Assembly (NCBI GenBank): GCA_965215705.1
Contig: CBDCEE010000008.1
Location: forward strand, 226,001 to 290,000
Direction: 5' to 3'
Source of the DNA: Sulfurovaceae bacterium
GTDB taxonomy: Bacteria > Campylobacterota > Campylobacteria > Campylobacterales > Sulfurovaceae
DNA length: 64,000 bases
Notes under the pieces: model-generated
The model's input: the letters and a program-made list of their open reading frames with translations, nothing else
Told to the model about the DNA's origin: nothing
Database searches by the model: none
Translations under genes and position numbers: made by a program
Shown: positions 63,142 through 64,000 of the stretch, in pieces
Layout of the letters: every line of letters begins with the position of its first letter
How positions within the stretch are numbered: position 1 is the stretch's first letter

Positions 63142-64000
63142 ATGGAACTATTCGGAACTGATGGCGTCAGAGGCAAAGCAGGCGGCAAGGTCAATGCAAT
63201 GGCGTGTATGCGTCTGGCTATGGCGACGGGGATCTACTTTCGTCCACTCTCCAAAACCAATAAGATACTCGTAGGCAAAGATACCCGCAGAAGTGGCTAT
63301 ATGGTAGAGAATGCCATCGTCTCAGGGCTGACTGCCGTGGGCTACAATGTGATCCAGATAGGGCCTATGCCTACCCCTGCGATCGCCTTCTTGACCGAGA
63401 ATATGCGTTGTGATGCAGGGATCATGATCTCAGCCAGCCACAACCCTTACAGTGATAACGGTATCAAATTTTTTGACTGTGTGGGCAATAAGCTCAACCG
63501 AGAGGTCGAAGAGAAGATCGAAGCGATCTATCAGGATCTAGAGAGGATAGAGCAGTCTCAGGCTGTAGACAAAGCGATCGGAAAATCCAAGCGTATCGAT
63601 GATGTGATCGGTCGCTATATCGTCCACATCAAAAACTCTTTCCCAAAACCACTGACACTGGCAGGCAAGCGTGTAGTCATCGACTGTGCCAACGGTGCCG
63701 GGTACAAAGTCGCCCCTACGATCCTCGAAGAGCTGGGAGCCGATGTCAAGGTACTGGGCAATGCCCCTGATGGTTTCAACATCAATGAAGGGTGTGGTGC
63801 TATGCACCCTGAATATCTGGCGAAGGCGGTCAAGGAGTACCGGGCCGATGTCGGAATCGCTCTGGATGGAGATGCAGACCGGGTGGTCATGGTAGATGAA
63901 AATGGAGAGATCGTCGATGGTGACAAGCTGATGGGTGTGCTTGCTGTACATCTCAAAAATCAAGGGATGCTCAAAGGTGACGGTATGGTAGCCACCGTCA
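63142..64000 (+). CDS. glmM: Phosphoglucosamine mutase (partial, continues past the right edge)
   Basis: Not in the ORF track because no stop lies in the window. ATG 63142 gives [14 protein letters not shown]...[19 protein letters not shown], which contains the active-site Ser motif. Confidence 0.9.
   Translation, partial: MELFGTDGVRGKAGGKVNAMACMRLAMATGIYFRPLSKTNKILVGKDTRRSGYMVENAIVSGLTAVGYNVIQIGPMPTPAIAFLTENMRCDAGIMISASHNPYSDNGIKFFDCVGNKLNREVEEKIEAIYQDLERIEQSQAVDKAIGKSKRIDDVIGRYIVHIKNSFPKPLTLAGKRVVIDCANGAGYKVAPTILEELGADVKVLGNAPDGFNINEGCGAMHPEYLAKAVKEYRADVGIALDGDADRVVMVDENGEIVDGDKLMGVLAVHLKNQGMLKGDGMVATV

Overview
This is a 64-kb chromosomal window of moderate GC content. Gene content points to a Campylobacterota (epsilonproteobacterial) genome, possibly a Sulfurovum- or Nitratiruptor-like vent lineage; that placement is inference only.

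Main blocks, left to right:
- 1-16 kb: one long minus-strand glycan operon. It combines PglB/PglC/PglF N-glycosylation genes with a WbpA/WbpB/WbpD di-N-acetyl-uronate branch, a Wzx flippase, GT2 and GT4 transferases, a methyltransferase, a fused amidotransferase, and an embedded four-helix-bundle (23S-IVS/Avd family) gene flanked by unusual heptamer arrays.
- 16-22 kb: housekeeping genes (dcd, a BON-LysM protein, topA, an antiporter, an FtsB-like protein, eno).
- 22.4-31.2 kb: an outer-membrane beta-barrel gene plus a surface-adhesin locus of about 8.1 kb. The adhesin locus contains three near-identical 732-bp tandem units, several frame breaks, and a G7 tract that separates the signal peptide from the body.
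- 31.4-34.3 kb: tRNA-Ser, an SRP RNA, a 9x heptamer repeat, rnhB, a 101-nt inverted-repeat element, and genes for an ankyrin protein, YbaB, PanD and a ferredoxin.
- 34.4-38.1 kb: a five-gene cluster behind an FNR/CRP-type box (FmdE-like, hemerythrin, DUF2249, a 12-TM membrane protein, a catalase-like lipoprotein).
- 38-43.9 kb: murE, an amino-acid ABC transporter, and a GluR0-type ligand-gated K+ channel.
- 43.9-49.5 kb: a complete rRNA operon (16S, tRNA-Ile, tRNA-Ala, 23S, 5S) with a consensus promoter.
- 49.7-64 kb: BI-1, secG, frr, pyrE, an alpha-2-macroglobulin/PbpC pair with C-terminal YARHG domains, a rhodanese protein, prfA, rpsT, a pseudouridine synthase, and partial glmM.

I saw no transposase, integrase, CRISPR array or recognisable defence genes. 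The most unusual signals are the complementary heptamer arrays in the glycan operon, the poly-G and tandem-repeat architecture of the adhesin, and the FNR-box stress cluster.
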